A stretch of DNA of 64,000 nt, from the NCBI GenBank assembly GCA_003134555.1, contig PLBO01000151.1, forward strand, positions 97,817 through 161,816, given 5' to 3'. Within the stretch, counting starts at the first letter, position 1. Each line of letters begins with the position of its first letter. Origin of the DNA: Actinomycetota bacterium. Lineage in GTDB: Bacteria > Actinomycetota > Acidimicrobiia > IMCC26256 > PALSA-610. This document shows positions 51,222-64,000 of the stretch, in pieces. Made by a program: the position numbers and the translations under genes. The notes under the pieces were generated by a model. It was given only the letters and a program-made list of their open reading frames with translations, made no database searches and was not told where the DNA came from.

Positions 51222-51626
51222 CTACTCGGATTGCCAGAACGCGTCGAACGCGTACTGATCGGAGTAGTGCCCCCGCACCTCGGCGATGCGTCCGTCCTCC
51301 ATCCGGATGAGCTGGCAACCGGTGACGTCGAGGCGCCGGCCGTCGCGCTCGGCGGTCGCATGTTGGATCGCGACGACGTAGTCGACACCGACCGCCACGT
51401 CGATCAGGCCCGCGCGCAACGTACCGCCCGACAGCGGCCCCACCTTGGCCAGGAAGTCGTCGCGGATCGCGTCCCAACCGCGATGCTCGCCGGCGATCGC
51501 GCCCCGGCCCGGCAAATGCCAGACTGCGTCCGGCGTGAAACATGCCCGGACGGTCTCGAAGTCGCGGTCGGCGAACGCGGCATAGAAACGCCGGACTGTC
51601 TCGACGTCGCTCTCGCTGATGGTCAT
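51222..51626 (-). CDS. SnoaL-like / NTF2-fold protein
   Basis: VRRFYAAF..DAVWH.PG..G.H.G pattern. AAGGAG RBS. Confidence 0.85.
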   Translation of the reverse strand: MTISESDVETVRRFYAAFADRDFETVRACFTPDAVWHLPGRGAIAGEHRGWDAIRDDFLAKVGPLSGGTLRAGLIDVAVGVDYVVAIQHATAERDGRRLDVTGCQLIRMEDGRIAEVRGHYSDQYAFDAFWQSE

Positions 51627-51636
51627 CGATGCTCCT

Positions 51637-52425
51637 TCATTCGAGCGCGTTCCGGAACTTCTCTCGGTGCTCGAGCCACCAGCGGTGGCGCCGGTCGAAG
51701 CGTTCTGCGCCGCCCATCTCGTTCCACATCGTGATGAAGTTGGGGTCGCCGGCGTCGACCCGGCGCCGCACGAAGTCACCACGGCGAGCGATCGTGTCCG
51801 ACAAGATCTCGACGAGACCGCGGCGCGACGTGTCGTCGAGCCCGTACGCGTCGGCTACCAATCGCAGCCGCGCCGGCCGGTCGGCGGGCTGCCAACCGAG
51901 GCGGGCGGCGTTGACGTCGTCGTCGACGGGGACGCACATGCGGGCCATCTGCGCGACGTCGTACACCGTTCGGCCGGGAGCGGCGAAGTCGAAGTCGAGC
52001 AATCCGACCGCGACCCCTTCGCGGAACACGACGTTCTCGAGGCAGACGTCGTTGTGGCAGACGATCGGCCCACCCGCGGGGTCGGCCATCTCGTCGCTCC
52101 ACGTCGATCCGGCGGCGTCGAAAGATCGGGACGCGTCGTGGAACCGTCGCATCAGTACCGCGAGCGACACGAGCGCGGCGTCGAGTTGCACCCAGGCTGG
52201 ATACGGCGGGAGCGGAACGTCGCCTTCGATGAAGACGAGTCGTTCTCGCCCGTCGCCGTCGATGCCGACCGGCGCCGACGCGGCCTCGAACCCGGCGCGG
52301 CGCAGCTCCGACAAGAAGCGATGGATCGAGGGGGAGTGCGGGTTCGACGGCCGCCGGACTTCGTCGCCGACCCTCGTCACGCTCCCGGCGTTCGCGACTC
52401 CACCCGCCAGCGGTTCCTCGTCCAC
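51637..52425 (-). CDS. Aminoglycoside-phosphotransferase-like kinase
   Basis: CHNDVCLENVVF Brenner-type motif and LLDFD. Confidence 0.85.
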   Translation of the reverse strand: MDEEPLAGGVANAGSVTRVGDEVRRPSNPHSPSIHRFLSELRRAGFEAASAPVGIDGDGRERLVFIEGDVPLPPYPAWVQLDAALVSLAVLMRRFHDASRSFDAAGSTWSDEMADPAGGPIVCHNDVCLENVVFREGVAVGLLDFDFAAPGRTVYDVAQMARMCVPVDDDVNAARLGWQPADRPARLRLVADAYGLDDTSRRGLVEILSDTIARRGDFVRRRVDAGDPNFITMWNEMGGAERFDRRHRWWLEHREKFRNALE

Positions 52426-52459
52426 CAGCCCAGTCTGGCTGTTGGTGCGAAGTTACTGG

Positions 52460-52684
52460 TCAGCTGGCCTTGCGGATCGGTTCGGGCTGCTTCGGTTGGG
52501 GCGGGCGCGCCCGCCGGAGCACCTCGCGGGCCTCTGCGACCCCGAGGCGACCGACCGATCGCGTGCGCTCGTCGAGCTGCCAGTCGGGTCGGGCGGACCT
52601 GGATCCGCCGAATCCGCCGGGCAGCAACCGCAGCTGGCTCTCGCCGATCTCCTTCTCGCTGGTTGTCCTACTCCGCGCGCTCAT
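52460..52684 (-). CDS. Small hypothetical protein (74 aa)
   Basis: GAAGGAGA RBS. WQLDERTRSVGRLGVAEAR helix. Confidence 0.6.
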   Translation of the reverse strand: MSARSRTTSEKEIGESQLRLLPGGFGGSRSARPDWQLDERTRSVGRLGVAEAREVLRRARPPQPKQPEPIRKAS

Positions 52685-52786
52685 GATTGAAGTATCTCCT
52701 TCGAGTGTGACAACAACACCCGTCGGAGGTCTCGAACGCCCGGGCCGGAGGTCCTGTTCCCCGGGTCGCCGTCATAGCCTGGTCAC

Positions 52787-53956
52787 GTGCCCGACCGCGC
52801 CGATCACGTCTACCTCGACCACGCGGCCTCGACGCCGATGCGGCCCGAAGCGATCGCCGCGATGGCGCCGTTCCTCGCCGATCACCCGGGGAACCCGTCG
52901 GGCGGCCATGGCGCGGCGCGCGCCACGAAGACCGCGCTCGAAGAGGCGCGTGAGACGGTCGCCGCGGTCTGCGGTTGCCGTCCGCACGAGGTCGTCTTCA
53001 CCGGCGGCGGGAGCGAGGGCGACAACCTGGCGATCAAGGGCGCGGCGTGGGCGGCGCGGGCGAATGATCCGACGCTCGACAGTGTCGTAACGAGCGGGAT
53101 CGAGCACAAGGCGGTGCTCGGCGCGTGCGACCGGCTGGAACGCGAGGGGTTTCGGGTCGTTCGGGTGCCGGCGAACGGTGACGGCGTGGTCGACGTCGAT
53201 GCCCTGGCCGGCGTGCTCGACGAGCACACCGCAGTGGTGTCGGTGATGCTCGTCAACAACGAGACCGGCGTGCGTCAACCCGTCGAGGAGATCGCGCGCC
53301 TCGTGCGCGATCGCGCGCCGCGAGCCGTCGTGCACACCGACGCGGTACAGGCGCCGCAATGGCTCGATCTCGCGGCGGCCACTGCCGATGTCTCGCTGGT
53401 CGCGATCTCGGGACACAAGTTCGGCGGCCCGAAGGGCGTCGGGGCGCTGATCGTGCGCGACGGAACCGAGCTCGTGCCGCTCGTCGAGGGCGGCGGTCAC
53501 GAACGCGGTTTGCGCGCTGGCACGCAGAACGTGCCCGGGATCGTCGCGATCGCCACTGCACTGCTCGTCACGCACAGGCGACGCGCCGACGAGACCGCAC
53601 GCATCGCCACCTTGCGCGACGAGCTCGAAGCCGGACTGGCCGCGCAGGTTTCGGGCTTCTCGGTCAACGGCGCGTCGGCTTCGCGCGTCGCCGGCATCCT
53701 GCATGGCACCTTCGACGGAGTCGAAGCCGAGACGTTGCTCCTCGCCCTCGACCAGCAGGGCGTCATGGCTGCATCGGGATCTGCGTGCAGCTCCGGCGCG
53801 GTCGACCCGTCGCACGTCCTGCTCGCCATGGGCATGCCGCGCGAGCGGGCGCTCTCGTCGGTCCGGTTCTCCCTCGGCTACGCGTCGACGCGCGCCGACG
53901 TCGACGCCGCGCTCGCGATCGTCCCCGAGGTTGTCGCCAAGCTGCGGATCACCTGA
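52787..53956 (+). CDS. iscS: Cysteine desulfurase (IscS/NifS class)
   Basis: YLDHAASTP, HTDAVQ, SGHKFGGPKG, SGSACSS. Confidence 0.93.
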   Translation: MPDRADHVYLDHAASTPMRPEAIAAMAPFLADHPGNPSGGHGAARATKTALEEARETVAAVCGCRPHEVVFTGGGSEGDNLAIKGAAWAARANDPTLDSVVTSGIEHKAVLGACDRLEREGFRVVRVPANGDGVVDVDALAGVLDEHTAVVSVMLVNNETGVRQPVEEIARLVRDRAPRAVVHTDAVQAPQWLDLAAATADVSLVAISGHKFGGPKGVGALIVRDGTELVPLVEGGGHERGLRAGTQNVPGIVAIATALLVTHRRRADETARIATLRDELEAGLAAQVSGFSVNGASASRVAGILHGTFDGVEAETLLLALDQQGVMAASGSACSSGAVDPSHVLLAMGMPRERALSSVRFSLGYASTRADVDAALAIVPEVVAKLRIT

Positions 53957-54981
53957 TGGCGCGCGTCATGGTGATGATGAGCGGAGGTGTCGACTCCTCG
54001 GTCGCAGCCGCGCTGCTCCGCGAGCAGGGTCACGACGTCACCGGCGTCACCCTGAAGCTCTGGGGTGGCGAGAGCGACAGCGGATGTTGCAGCGTCGCCG
54101 ACGTCGAGGACGCGCGCCGGGTGGCGGCGCAGCTCGACATCCCGCACTACGTGTTCAACTTCTCCGACGCGTTCGACGCCGACGTCGTCGAGCCCTACGT
54201 CGGTGCGTATGCGGCCGGCGAGACGCCGAATCCGTGCGTGGAGTGCAACCGCACGATGAAGTTCGGGCGTGTGCTCGAGCGGGCGCGCCGGCTCGACTAC
54301 GACTTCGTCGCGACCGGTCATCACGCGCGCGTCGTGATGACCGACGACGGCCCGGCGCTCGCACGCGCGGTCGATCAGGCGAAAGATCAGTCGTACGTCC
54401 TCTACATGCTCGGCGCCGACGAACTGTCCCGCACTCTGCTGCCCGTCGGTGAGCTGACGAAGACCGACGTGCGCGAGCACGCGCGCACCCTCGGTCTGCG
54501 TACGGCGGAGAAGCGGGAGAGCATGGACGTCTGTTTCATCAAGCGCGGCGGCCGGGAAGCCTTCCTCGGCGCGCGCATCCCTCGACGATCGGGCGCGATC
54601 GTCGACGAGGCGGGAACGGTCGTGGGCGCGCACGACGGGATCGACGCGTTCACGATCGGTCAGCGGCGCGGCCTCGGTGTCGCGGTAGGCGAGCGCCGGT
54701 ACGTGACCGATATCGCGGTCGGTACCGCGACGGTGACCGTCGGGCCGCGGGACGCGCTATTGCAGGACCGCTTGCGGCTGCGCGACGTGCGCTGGTCACG
54801 TTCGCCTCATGATGCGCGCGCGATGCTCGTGCAGTCGCGCGCGCACGGCACTCCCGCGCTCGCGGCGCTCGAAGGCGACGAGGTGGTGTTCGCGTCGCCG
54901 CAGCCTCGTGTAGCACCCGGGCAGGTCGTCGCGTTCTACGACGGCGAGCTCTGCTGCGGCGGTGGCATTGTGACCGACTGA
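53956..54981 (+). CDS. mnmA: tRNA 2-thiouridylase
   Basis: MSGGVDSS, TPNPCVECN, ATGH, KDQSY, TIGQRRG, APGQ. Confidence 0.96.
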   Translation: MARVMVMMSGGVDSSVAAALLREQGHDVTGVTLKLWGGESDSGCCSVADVEDARRVAAQLDIPHYVFNFSDAFDADVVEPYVGAYAAGETPNPCVECNRTMKFGRVLERARRLDYDFVATGHHARVVMTDDGPALARAVDQAKDQSYVLYMLGADELSRTLLPVGELTKTDVREHARTLGLRTAEKRESMDVCFIKRGGREAFLGARIPRRSGAIVDEAGTVVGAHDGIDAFTIGQRRGLGVAVGERRYVTDIAVGTATVTVGPRDALLQDRLRLRDVRWSRSPHDARAMLVQSRAHGTPALAALEGDEVVFASPQPRVAPGQVVAFYDGELCCGGGIVTD

Positions 54982-54991
54982 TCCAAGATCG

Positions 54992-55855
54992 TCACGCGCT
55001 GATCCGCCGCCTCCGAGCCTGTGCGATCGCGGCGTCGGCGCGTACGACGGCCACGGCGACCAGCCTCGGTGCGAGCACCTCGGCGCTCCGGCGGCCGCGC
55101 CGCCGGCCGAACTCGACCGGCTCCGTCAGCTCCATGACGATTGTCCCGGCGAGGGTGCCCAGCCGCAGGTCGAGCGCGTCGCCGGGGAGCGCGGCCCTCG
55201 CGGTGCGCCGCAGGGTTGCGATGTGCTCGCGCCGAACCAGGACCGGGTCGGTGAGCGTGAGCGGATCGGCGATCGCGATGCCGGCGGGAACGAGCACGAA
55301 CCAACGACATGAGAGGGGGTGCAAGGCACGCACGACGAGCACCGCGACCGGCAGCCCGGCGATCGTCGCCAGCGCGCCGACGAGGTAGCGACCGTCGGCG
55401 AGGAGCAGGGGTCCGCTCACTACTCCCAGCGCCACGAGTACGACGGCTACGGGTATCGGCCCGAGCAGCAACGGCATCGGGATGCGCAGCACGAAGCGGT
55501 GCTCGTCGCCATATGCATGCGCGTTTGCGGTCGCCGACGCGGTGGGCTCGGACAAAGCGAGGATTGCGGCGACGCCGCTCGATGCGAGCGCGAGCGTGGC
55601 CGATGCCGCGCTCGTGTATGCCGACGACAACGCGACGCACGCGAATCCGCATGGTGCGACGACGCGCAACAGCGTGAGTCCCCACGGTCGCGGCGCGAAC
55701 AAAGCGAACAATCCCGCCGCCCAGATCGCCCAGAGGAATACGGCTGCGAGACGCGACGGTCCGGTCGACCAACCTTCGATCGCGTCTGCGAACGCGGCAC
55801 CGGTCGTCGCCGGGAGGAGTGCCCAGGCCACGCGGGTGCACCACAGCCAGATCAA
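54992..55855 (-). CDS. Hypothetical membrane protein
   Basis: About 6 TM segments then a soluble domain. AYGDE motif. Confidence 0.7.
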   Translation of the reverse strand: MIWLWCTRVAWALLPATTGAAFADAIEGWSTGPSRLAAVFLWAIWAAGLFALFAPRPWGLTLLRVVAPCGFACVALSSAYTSAASATLALASSGVAAILALSEPTASATANAHAYGDEHRFVLRIPMPLLLGPIPVAVVLVALGVVSGPLLLADGRYLVGALATIAGLPVAVLVVRALHPLSCRWFVLVPAGIAIADPLTLTDPVLVRREHIATLRRTARAALPGDALDLRLGTLAGTIVMELTEPVEFGRRRGRRSAEVLAPRLVAVAVVRADAAIAQARRRRISA

Positions 55856-55908
55856 CGTGCACTCCGCTTCGTCGAGTGTGCCGGCGTCGGCCTATCCTAC
55901 GAATCTTC

Positions 55909-56925
55909 ATGGGCGAACCACTGCTCGGCGGGGCGATCTGCGCGGGTATGGCGACAGCGATCGGCAGCCTTCCTCATCGCGACGCGCACGCCGCCGCGGC
56001 ACTCACCTTGCGTTGCCTGCCGGAACTGCCCGCAGCGCCGCAGCTCCCGTTGCGCTCGGCGCGTGAAGGGGTCGTCGCACAATGGGCCGGCGCGGTACCC
56101 GGCGTCGTGGTGCACGACGACGGTGCGATCGAGATCACTTCCGGCGTCGACCCGTTCGGTCCGCTGCAGCCTTCGTTCGACGCGGTCACCCACGCCGGTC
56201 TGCTGACCTTTCTCGACGTCGCGGCGCGCCTGCCCCGACTACCCAAGCGGGTCAAGGTGCAGATTGCCGGTCCGCTGACCCTGGGTGTCGCGTTCGTCGA
56301 CGCGGGAATGGATGCCGAGCTCGCGTTCCCGCTGGGTGCGCGCGTCGCGCGCGCCTGGGCGGGTGCGATGGCCGAACTGGTATCCGAGCGCCTTCCCGAC
56401 GCGGCGCTCCTGTGCTTCCTCGACGAACCCGCGCTCGTGTGCTGGCGGAACGACGAGGGTCCGATCGAGCGCGAGGTGGCGACCGACCTGCTGTCGACGG
56501 CACTCGCGGCGTGTGGTGGCGTCGCGGGCGTGCACGTCTGCGGGCAGGGCGACCTCCGCCTTGCGCTCGACGCCGGGCCGCAGGTGGCGCACTTCGACGT
56601 CGGCGCGCTCGACCTCGACGATGCGAGCACGCTCTCTCGGTATCTCGACGGCGGTGGTTGGATCGCGTGGGGCGCGATCCCGACGCACCGGCCGGTCGGC
56701 GAGAATGCGCAGCCGCTGTGGAAGGCGCTCCTCGACGCCTGGTGCGAGCTCACCCGGCGCGGTTGCGATCCCGTTCAGCTGCGGGCCCAGGCGCTGGTCG
56801 CGCCCGCGTGCGGGCTCGCGGGCCATGGCGCGAGCCAAGCCGAGCACGCGATGTTGCTCGCGCGCGAGATCGGCAACCGCGTACACGACCACGCGGCCGC
56901 CACGAAGCTCGCCGTCGGCGCGTAG
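55909..56925 (+). CDS. Cobalamin-independent methionine synthase C-terminal-like (core MetE-fold) protein
   Basis: IGSLP, VKVQIAGPLT, DEP, HVC, PACGLAG. Typical actinobacterial position between mnmA and ligA. Confidence 0.8.
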   Translation: MGEPLLGGAICAGMATAIGSLPHRDAHAAAALTLRCLPELPAAPQLPLRSAREGVVAQWAGAVPGVVVHDDGAIEITSGVDPFGPLQPSFDAVTHAGLLTFLDVAARLPRLPKRVKVQIAGPLTLGVAFVDAGMDAELAFPLGARVARAWAGAMAELVSERLPDAALLCFLDEPALVCWRNDEGPIEREVATDLLSTALAACGGVAGVHVCGQGDLRLALDAGPQVAHFDVGALDLDDASTLSRYLDGGGWIAWGAIPTHRPVGENAQPLWKALLDAWCELTRRGCDPVQLRAQALVAPACGLAGHGASQAEHAMLLAREIGNRVHDHAAATKLAVGA

Positions 56926-59423
<2,498 letters not shown>

Positions 59424-59518
59424 GCGGACGAACTTACCGTCGCCGACCCCACTGCCGGGAACGGGCTGCGCCCGGTCGTGACGCGTGTCGCGCGCAACCG
59501 GCCACTACCGTTGAACCC

Positions 59519-61435
59519 ATGCCCGGCAGTGTGGTGAGCGACCTCGCGGGCCGTCTCCTCGCGGGTCGGTACCTGCTCCACGGCGCCGTCGGCACCGGCG
59601 CGAGCGGCCGGGTCTACGTCGCCGAGGACACGCGGCTGCGCCGCCGGGTGGCGGTGAAGGTGCTGCACGCGGCACTGGCCGAGGACTCGGCATTCCTGCG
59701 GCGCTTCCGGGCCGAGGCCCAGCTGGCGGCGTCGTTGCACCACCCGCACATCGTCACCGTGCACGACTGGGGTGACGACGACGTGCCCTTCATGGTTCTC
59801 GAACTGCTCGAGGGTGGTTCGCTGCGATCGATGCTCGACCAGAACGAATTGCTGACGGTCTCGCAGGCGGCGCGGGTAGGCCGCGACGTCGCCTCCGCCC
59901 TCGAATACGCGCACGCGCGAGGCGTCCTGCACCGCGACATCAAGCCCGCGAACCTCTTGTTCGACGAGCACGGAATCGCGCGGGTCGCCGACTTCGGCCT
60001 CGCGCGCGCGCTCGCCGAGGCGAGCTGGACCGAACCCGCGGGCGCGGTGTTCGGCACCGCGCGGTACGCGTCGCCGGAGCAGGCGCGCGGCGCGCAGCTC
60101 GACGCGCGCTCCGACCTCTATTCGCTCGCGCTCGTCCTCGTCGAGAGCGTGACCGGTCGTCTCCCGTTCGCGGCCGACACGACACTCGGGATGCTCACGG
60201 CGCGCACGCTGCAGCCGATCGTCGCGACCGAGGAGCTCGGACCGCTCGAGTCGGTGATCGATCGCGTCGGCGCCATCGACCCGAACGACCGGTATCCCGA
60301 CGCGGCGACGATGCGCCAGGCCATCGCCGATGCCGCCGACACCTTGCCGCCGCCGGGTCCGCTGCTGCTCGCGGGCATGGTCGACCGCGCCGATCCGCAT
60401 CCCACTCGCGCCGCTCCGGAACGCACCGCGCCGCTGTTCGACCAGGACGCCACCGAGGTCGTGCGCGCGCGCGAGTTGACCAGCACCGCCGAACCGATTC
60501 GCACCCGGCGGGATACCGGCGAGCGCCGGCTCGTGCCCTGGATCGTCGCGATCGTGTTGATCCTCACCGTCGGCCTCGCGGCCGCGGCCCTCGCCCAGGT
60601 GAGCAGCGCCAAGGCCGTCTCGATCCCGGGCCTGCGCGGGTTGAGCCTCAAGGAGGCGACCGACGCGGCGCGGCGCGCGGGTCTCAACGTCTCGGTGGGT
60701 GCGACCCGTGCCGCACCCGATCCGAAGGGCACGGTCATCGCGCAGAGCCCGGCGGCCGGCGTTTTCACCGGCGGTCGTCGCGTGACCCTCGTGGTGTCGG
60801 GTGGTCCTGCCGACGTTGCGGTGCCGAAGATCGTCGACACGCCTTGGACCACGGCCAAGCAGGCGCTCGACGCTGCAGGTCTGCTCTACGCGAATCCGCC
60901 GCCGACGCAGTCCAGTGAGACCATCGCCGGCGGAAACGTACTGTCGGTCAATCCGGCGCCGGGCGCGCGCGTCGCGCCCGACGCGAGCGCCACGGTCGTG
61001 CTGAGCTCTGGACACGCGCCGGTGAACGTGCCCGACGTGTCGAAGAAGTCGTTCGACGACGCGACGAAGTTGCTCACCGCGGCACACTTCCGAGTGCAGC
61101 GCGCCAAAACTGACGCGTTCTCGCCGACCGTGAAGAGCGGCGACGTGATCGGCACCGGTCCTCCAAAGGGCGCGAGCGCGCCCTACGGATCGATCGTCAC
61201 GGTTCAGGTGTCGAAGGGCCCCGACCGCGTCGTCGTGCCCGACGTGACGTTCGAGACGATCGAGCAGGCGACCGCCGACCTTGCCGCGGCGGGACTACAG
61301 GTCGGGAACGTCAGGAATTACCGGCCCGGAGGCGTCGTGATGAGTCAGAGCCCGACCGGTGGGAACGGCACCAAGGTGCTGCGAAACTCGCAGGTCGACC
61401 TCGTGCTGAGACAGAACGGGCGCAACGGCCCTTGA
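59519..61435 (+). CDS. Ser/Thr protein kinase with TM and four PASTA domains (PknB/PknL-like)
   Basis: VAVK, HRDIKPAN, DFG, YASPEQ, a TM helix and four V.VP-initiated PASTA repeats. Confidence 0.93.
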   Translation: MPGSVVSDLAGRLLAGRYLLHGAVGTGASGRVYVAEDTRLRRRVAVKVLHAALAEDSAFLRRFRAEAQLAASLHHPHIVTVHDWGDDDVPFMVLELLEGGSLRSMLDQNELLTVSQAARVGRDVASALEYAHARGVLHRDIKPANLLFDEHGIARVADFGLARALAEASWTEPAGAVFGTARYASPEQARGAQLDARSDLYSLALVLVESVTGRLPFAADTTLGMLTARTLQPIVATEELGPLESVIDRVGAIDPNDRYPDAATMRQAIADAADTLPPPGPLLLAGMVDRADPHPTRAAPERTAPLFDQDATEVVRARELTSTAEPIRTRRDTGERRLVPWIVAIVLILTVGLAAAALAQVSSAKAVSIPGLRGLSLKEATDAARRAGLNVSVGATRAAPDPKGTVIAQSPAAGVFTGGRRVTLVVSGGPADVAVPKIVDTPWTTAKQALDAAGLLYANPPPTQSSETIAGGNVLSVNPAPGARVAPDASATVVLSSGHAPVNVPDVSKKSFDDATKLLTAAHFRVQRAKTDAFSPTVKSGDVIGTGPPKGASAPYGSIVTVQVSKGPDRVVVPDVTFETIEQATADLAAAGLQVGNVRNYRPGGVVMSQSPTGGNGTKVLRNSQVDLVLRQNGRNGP

Positions 61436-61498
61436 GCGCAACGGCCCGGCGCTGCGTACCATGCGGCTCCGCCACGAGCCGACGACCAGGAGCCGAAC

Positions 61499-62380
61499 AT
61501 GGGTGCACTCGACGGAAGGGTCGCGATCATCACCGGCGCGGGCCGCGGTCTCGGCCGCGAGCACGCGCTCCTCTTCGCGAGTGAGGGCGCGCGGGTCGTC
61601 GTCAACGACCTCGGCGGCGACATGCACGGCGAGGGCGGCGACCCCAGCGCCGCGATGCAGACCGTCGAGGAGATCAAGGCGCGGGGCGGTGAAGCGGTCG
61701 TCAACGGCGAGAACGTGGCCGACTGGAACGGTGCGCAGCGGCTCGTCCGGCAGGCGATCGACACCTTCGGCGACCTCCACGTGCTCGTCAACAACGCGGG
61801 CATCCTGCGCGATCGCGTCATCATCAACATGACCGAGGCCGAATGGGACGCGGTGGTCACTGTTCACCTGAAGGGTCACTTCGCGCCGACACACCACGCT
61901 GCGGTGTACTGGCGCGAGCAGACGAAAGCCGGCAAGGACGTGCAGGCGTCGATCATCCACACGACGTCGACGTCAGGTCTGTTCGCGAATCCCGGCCAGG
62001 CGAACTACGACTCGGCCAAGAGCGGTATCGCCACCCTCTCGCAGGTCTGCGCGAAGGAGCTGACGCGCTACGGCGTGCGTTCGAACGCGATCGCGCCCGG
62101 TGCGCGTACCCGTCTCACCGAGGCGACGCCCGGTCTCGGCGACGCGGTGAAGGCCCCCGAAGAAGGCTTCGACGTGTGGCACCCGGCGAATGTCTCACCG
62201 TTCGTCGCGTACCTCGCCACCGTGGATTGCCCGATCACGGGCGAGTGCTTCCTGGTCCAGGGGGGCAAGGTGCAGCGCGCGCAATCGTGGAAGGCCGCCG
62301 AAGTCGTCGAGAAGGGCGACCGCTGGACTGTGAAGGAGCTCGCAGTGGTTGCCCCGAAGCTCGTGCCGCCCAAGAAATGA
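61499..62380 (+). CDS. SDR family oxidoreductase
   Basis: TGAGRGLG, NNAGILRD, YDSAK. Confidence 0.92.
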   Translation: MGALDGRVAIITGAGRGLGREHALLFASEGARVVVNDLGGDMHGEGGDPSAAMQTVEEIKARGGEAVVNGENVADWNGAQRLVRQAIDTFGDLHVLVNNAGILRDRVIINMTEAEWDAVVTVHLKGHFAPTHHAAVYWREQTKAGKDVQASIIHTTSTSGLFANPGQANYDSAKSGIATLSQVCAKELTRYGVRSNAIAPGARTRLTEATPGLGDAVKAPEEGFDVWHPANVSPFVAYLATVDCPITGECFLVQGGKVQRAQSWKAAEVVEKGDRWTVKELAVVAPKLVPPKK

Positions 62381-62392
62381 GAACCGCCTCGC

Positions 62393-62779
62393 CTACTCGG
62401 TGATCTCTTGGAGTGCCGCGCTCAGCGCCGCGTTGCCGCCGCCCGAGCCCTGCATCATGAGCTTCGTCATGTCGCCCTGCACCCGCACCTTGCCGGCCAT
62501 GAAGGCCTGCATGCCGGCCTGCTGATCGCCGGAGACGAATACCTGGCGGGCGGTGTCGATGTCGGTCGAAAGCGTCAGGTCGGCGGCGTCGGTCTTGCCC
62601 TTGCCGAACAGCGTCTCGCCGTTCTTCGCACCCATGAAGAATTCGATCGTGCGGTCACCGTCGGCGACCTCGAGGTTCATGACCAGGTTCACCGGCGGCG
62701 CGGTCGTCTCGTGTTCCCGGATGAGCGTCTCGGCCGCGTCGAACCAGGCGTCGGAGAGGAACGGGTACTTCTCGGGCAC
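62393..62779 (-). CDS. SCP2 sterol-binding domain protein
   Basis: FLSDAW, QAFMAGKVRVQGDMTKLM. GAGGAGG RBS. Confidence 0.85.
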   Translation of the reverse strand: MPEKYPFLSDAWFDAAETLIREHETTAPPVNLVMNLEVADGDRTIEFFMGAKNGETLFGKGKTDAADLTLSTDIDTARQVFVSGDQQAGMQAFMAGKVRVQGDMTKLMMQGSGGGNAALSAALQEITE

Positions 62780-62863
62780 GTGTGCCTCCTCGAGCTCGGC
62801 CGCGACGGCTTCCTGCCGCGGCCGGATCGTAGCTGAGGCTCGGCGAGCGCCGTCTAGCCTGAA

Positions 62864-63175
62864 GTGGTGGCCGGAGCGACGAGGCGTGAGCGCATCGCAG
62901 ATCACGAGCGCAACGCGAAGTGGAAGAATCCTCCGCTGCGCATCGAGATGTCGGAGTGCATCAACTGCGACGCGTGTCTGCGTCATTGCCCTTCACAGTT
63001 CGGTGCGATTTTCAATCACGGGGCCGACGTCGTGATCGTTCCGGAGCTCTGCAGCGGTTGCGACAAGTGCCTGCCGGTCTGCCCCGTCGACTGCATCTAT
63101 CCCGATCCCGACTGGACTCCCGCCCCCGGCGAGTGGTGGGAATTGCCCCTCAGCCGCCTCGACCCGTACAAGTAG
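62864..63175 (+). CDS. 4Fe-4S dicluster ferredoxin-like protein
   Basis: CINCDACLRHCP and CSGCDKCLPVCP. Confidence 0.9.
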   Translation: MVAGATRRERIADHERNAKWKNPPLRIEMSECINCDACLRHCPSQFGAIFNHGADVVIVPELCSGCDKCLPVCPVDCIYPDPDWTPAPGEWWELPLSRLDPYK

Positions 63176-63185
63176 CCTCTCGCCG

Positions 63186-63488
63186 ATGGCCGAACGCATC
63201 ACTCGCGCCGACGTCGAACACGTCGCGCAACTCGCCCGCCTTGCGCTCAGCGAGGAGGAGATCGTGTCGCTGTCGGAGGAGCTCGGCGCAATCCTCGACT
63301 ACGCCGCGCAGGTGTCGGCGCTCGACACCCACGACGTACCCCCGACCGCGCATCCCTTGCCGCTCGTGAACGTGTTCCGACCCGACGAAGCGCGCCCCGG
63401 ATTGCCGCGGGACGAGGTGCTCGCCGCCGCGCCCAGCGTGCAGGACAAGCGCTTCCGGGTCCCGCGGATCTTGGGTGAGGAGCCGTGA
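63186..63488 (+). CDS. gatC: Asp/Glu-tRNA amidotransferase subunit C
   Basis: [17 protein letters not shown], directly upstream of gatA. Confidence 0.95.
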   Translation: MAERITRADVEHVAQLARLALSEEEIVSLSEELGAILDYAAQVSALDTHDVPPTAHPLPLVNVFRPDEARPGLPRDEVLAAAPSVQDKRFRVPRILGEEP

Positions 63489-64000
63489 GTGGCGCGAGCC
63501 GTATCGCCGACGACGTCCGTTCCGGCGCCCGGTCGGCGCGCGACGTGCTCGACGAGCACCTCGAGGCGATCAACCGGCGCGAGCCGGATATCCACGCCTT
63601 CAACGCCGTTTTGGCCGACGAAGCGCGCGCCGCGGCCGATGGCGTCGACGCGGCGGTCGCGCGGGGCGACGATCCGGGGCCGCTGGCGGGGGTGCCGCTC
63701 GCGCTGAAGGACAACATGTGCACGCGTGGCCTTCTCACTACGTGCTCGTCTCGCATTCTCGAGGGCTGGCGCCCGCCTTACGACGCGACTGTGGTCGAGC
63801 GCGTGCGGGCCGCGGGCGCAGTCGTGATCGGCAAGACCAACCTCGACGAATTCGCGATGGGGTCGTCGACCGAGAACTCGGCGTTCGGCCCGACGCGCAA
63901 CCCGCACGATCTCACGCGGGTGCCCGGCGGCTCGAGCGGTGGATCCGCGGCCGCGGTCGCGGCCGGCTTCGCACCGTTGGCATTGGGCTCCGATACCGGA
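63485..64000 (+). CDS. gatA: Asp/Glu-tRNA amidotransferase subunit A (partial)
   Basis: GTG at 63485. [34 protein letters not shown]. Runs off the window. Confidence 0.95.
   Translation, partial: MSGASRIADDVRSGARSARDVLDEHLEAINRREPDIHAFNAVLADEARAAADGVDAAVARGDDPGPLAGVPLALKDNMCTRGLLTTCSSRILEGWRPPYDATVVERVRAAGAVVIGKTNLDEFAMGSSTENSAFGPTRNPHDLTRVPGGSSGGSAAAVAAGFAPLALGSDTG

Overview
High-GC (~70%) actinobacterial chromosome segment. Gene content and the GYWL-x-x-x-DGG(I/V)FSFGDA surface repeats suggest Acidimicrobiia (inference). Bases 1-31.8 kb form a cell-surface glycan region. It holds eight GT4 glycosyltransferases, a GT2, a UDP-HexNAc dehydrogenase, an Rmd-like reductase, three methyltransferase-like proteins, two GT-C-like membrane proteins plus a decayed paralog, two exported proteins with six-repeat C-terminal modules, and a flippase-ubiA-dprE1-dprE2-HAD polyprenyl-phospho-arabinose operon. 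Bases 32-64 kb are mostly housekeeping: lpdA, E2, a lipB-lipA fusion, metH, pduO, pepA, moeZ, sirtuin, methylmalonyl-CoA mutase/meaB, iscS-mnmA, a MetE-like protein, ligA, a PASTA kinase and gatCA. I found no tRNA, rRNA, CRISPR array or mobile element. The most unusual signal is a ~220-nt intergenic structured element at 17.86-18.08 kb. It combines a 17-nt complement of the 16S rRNA 3' end, a 13-codon ORF, an internal anti-SD with mutually exclusive helices, and a terminator, in a region where many genes appear leaderless. All calls come from motif recognition by eye; no searches were run.
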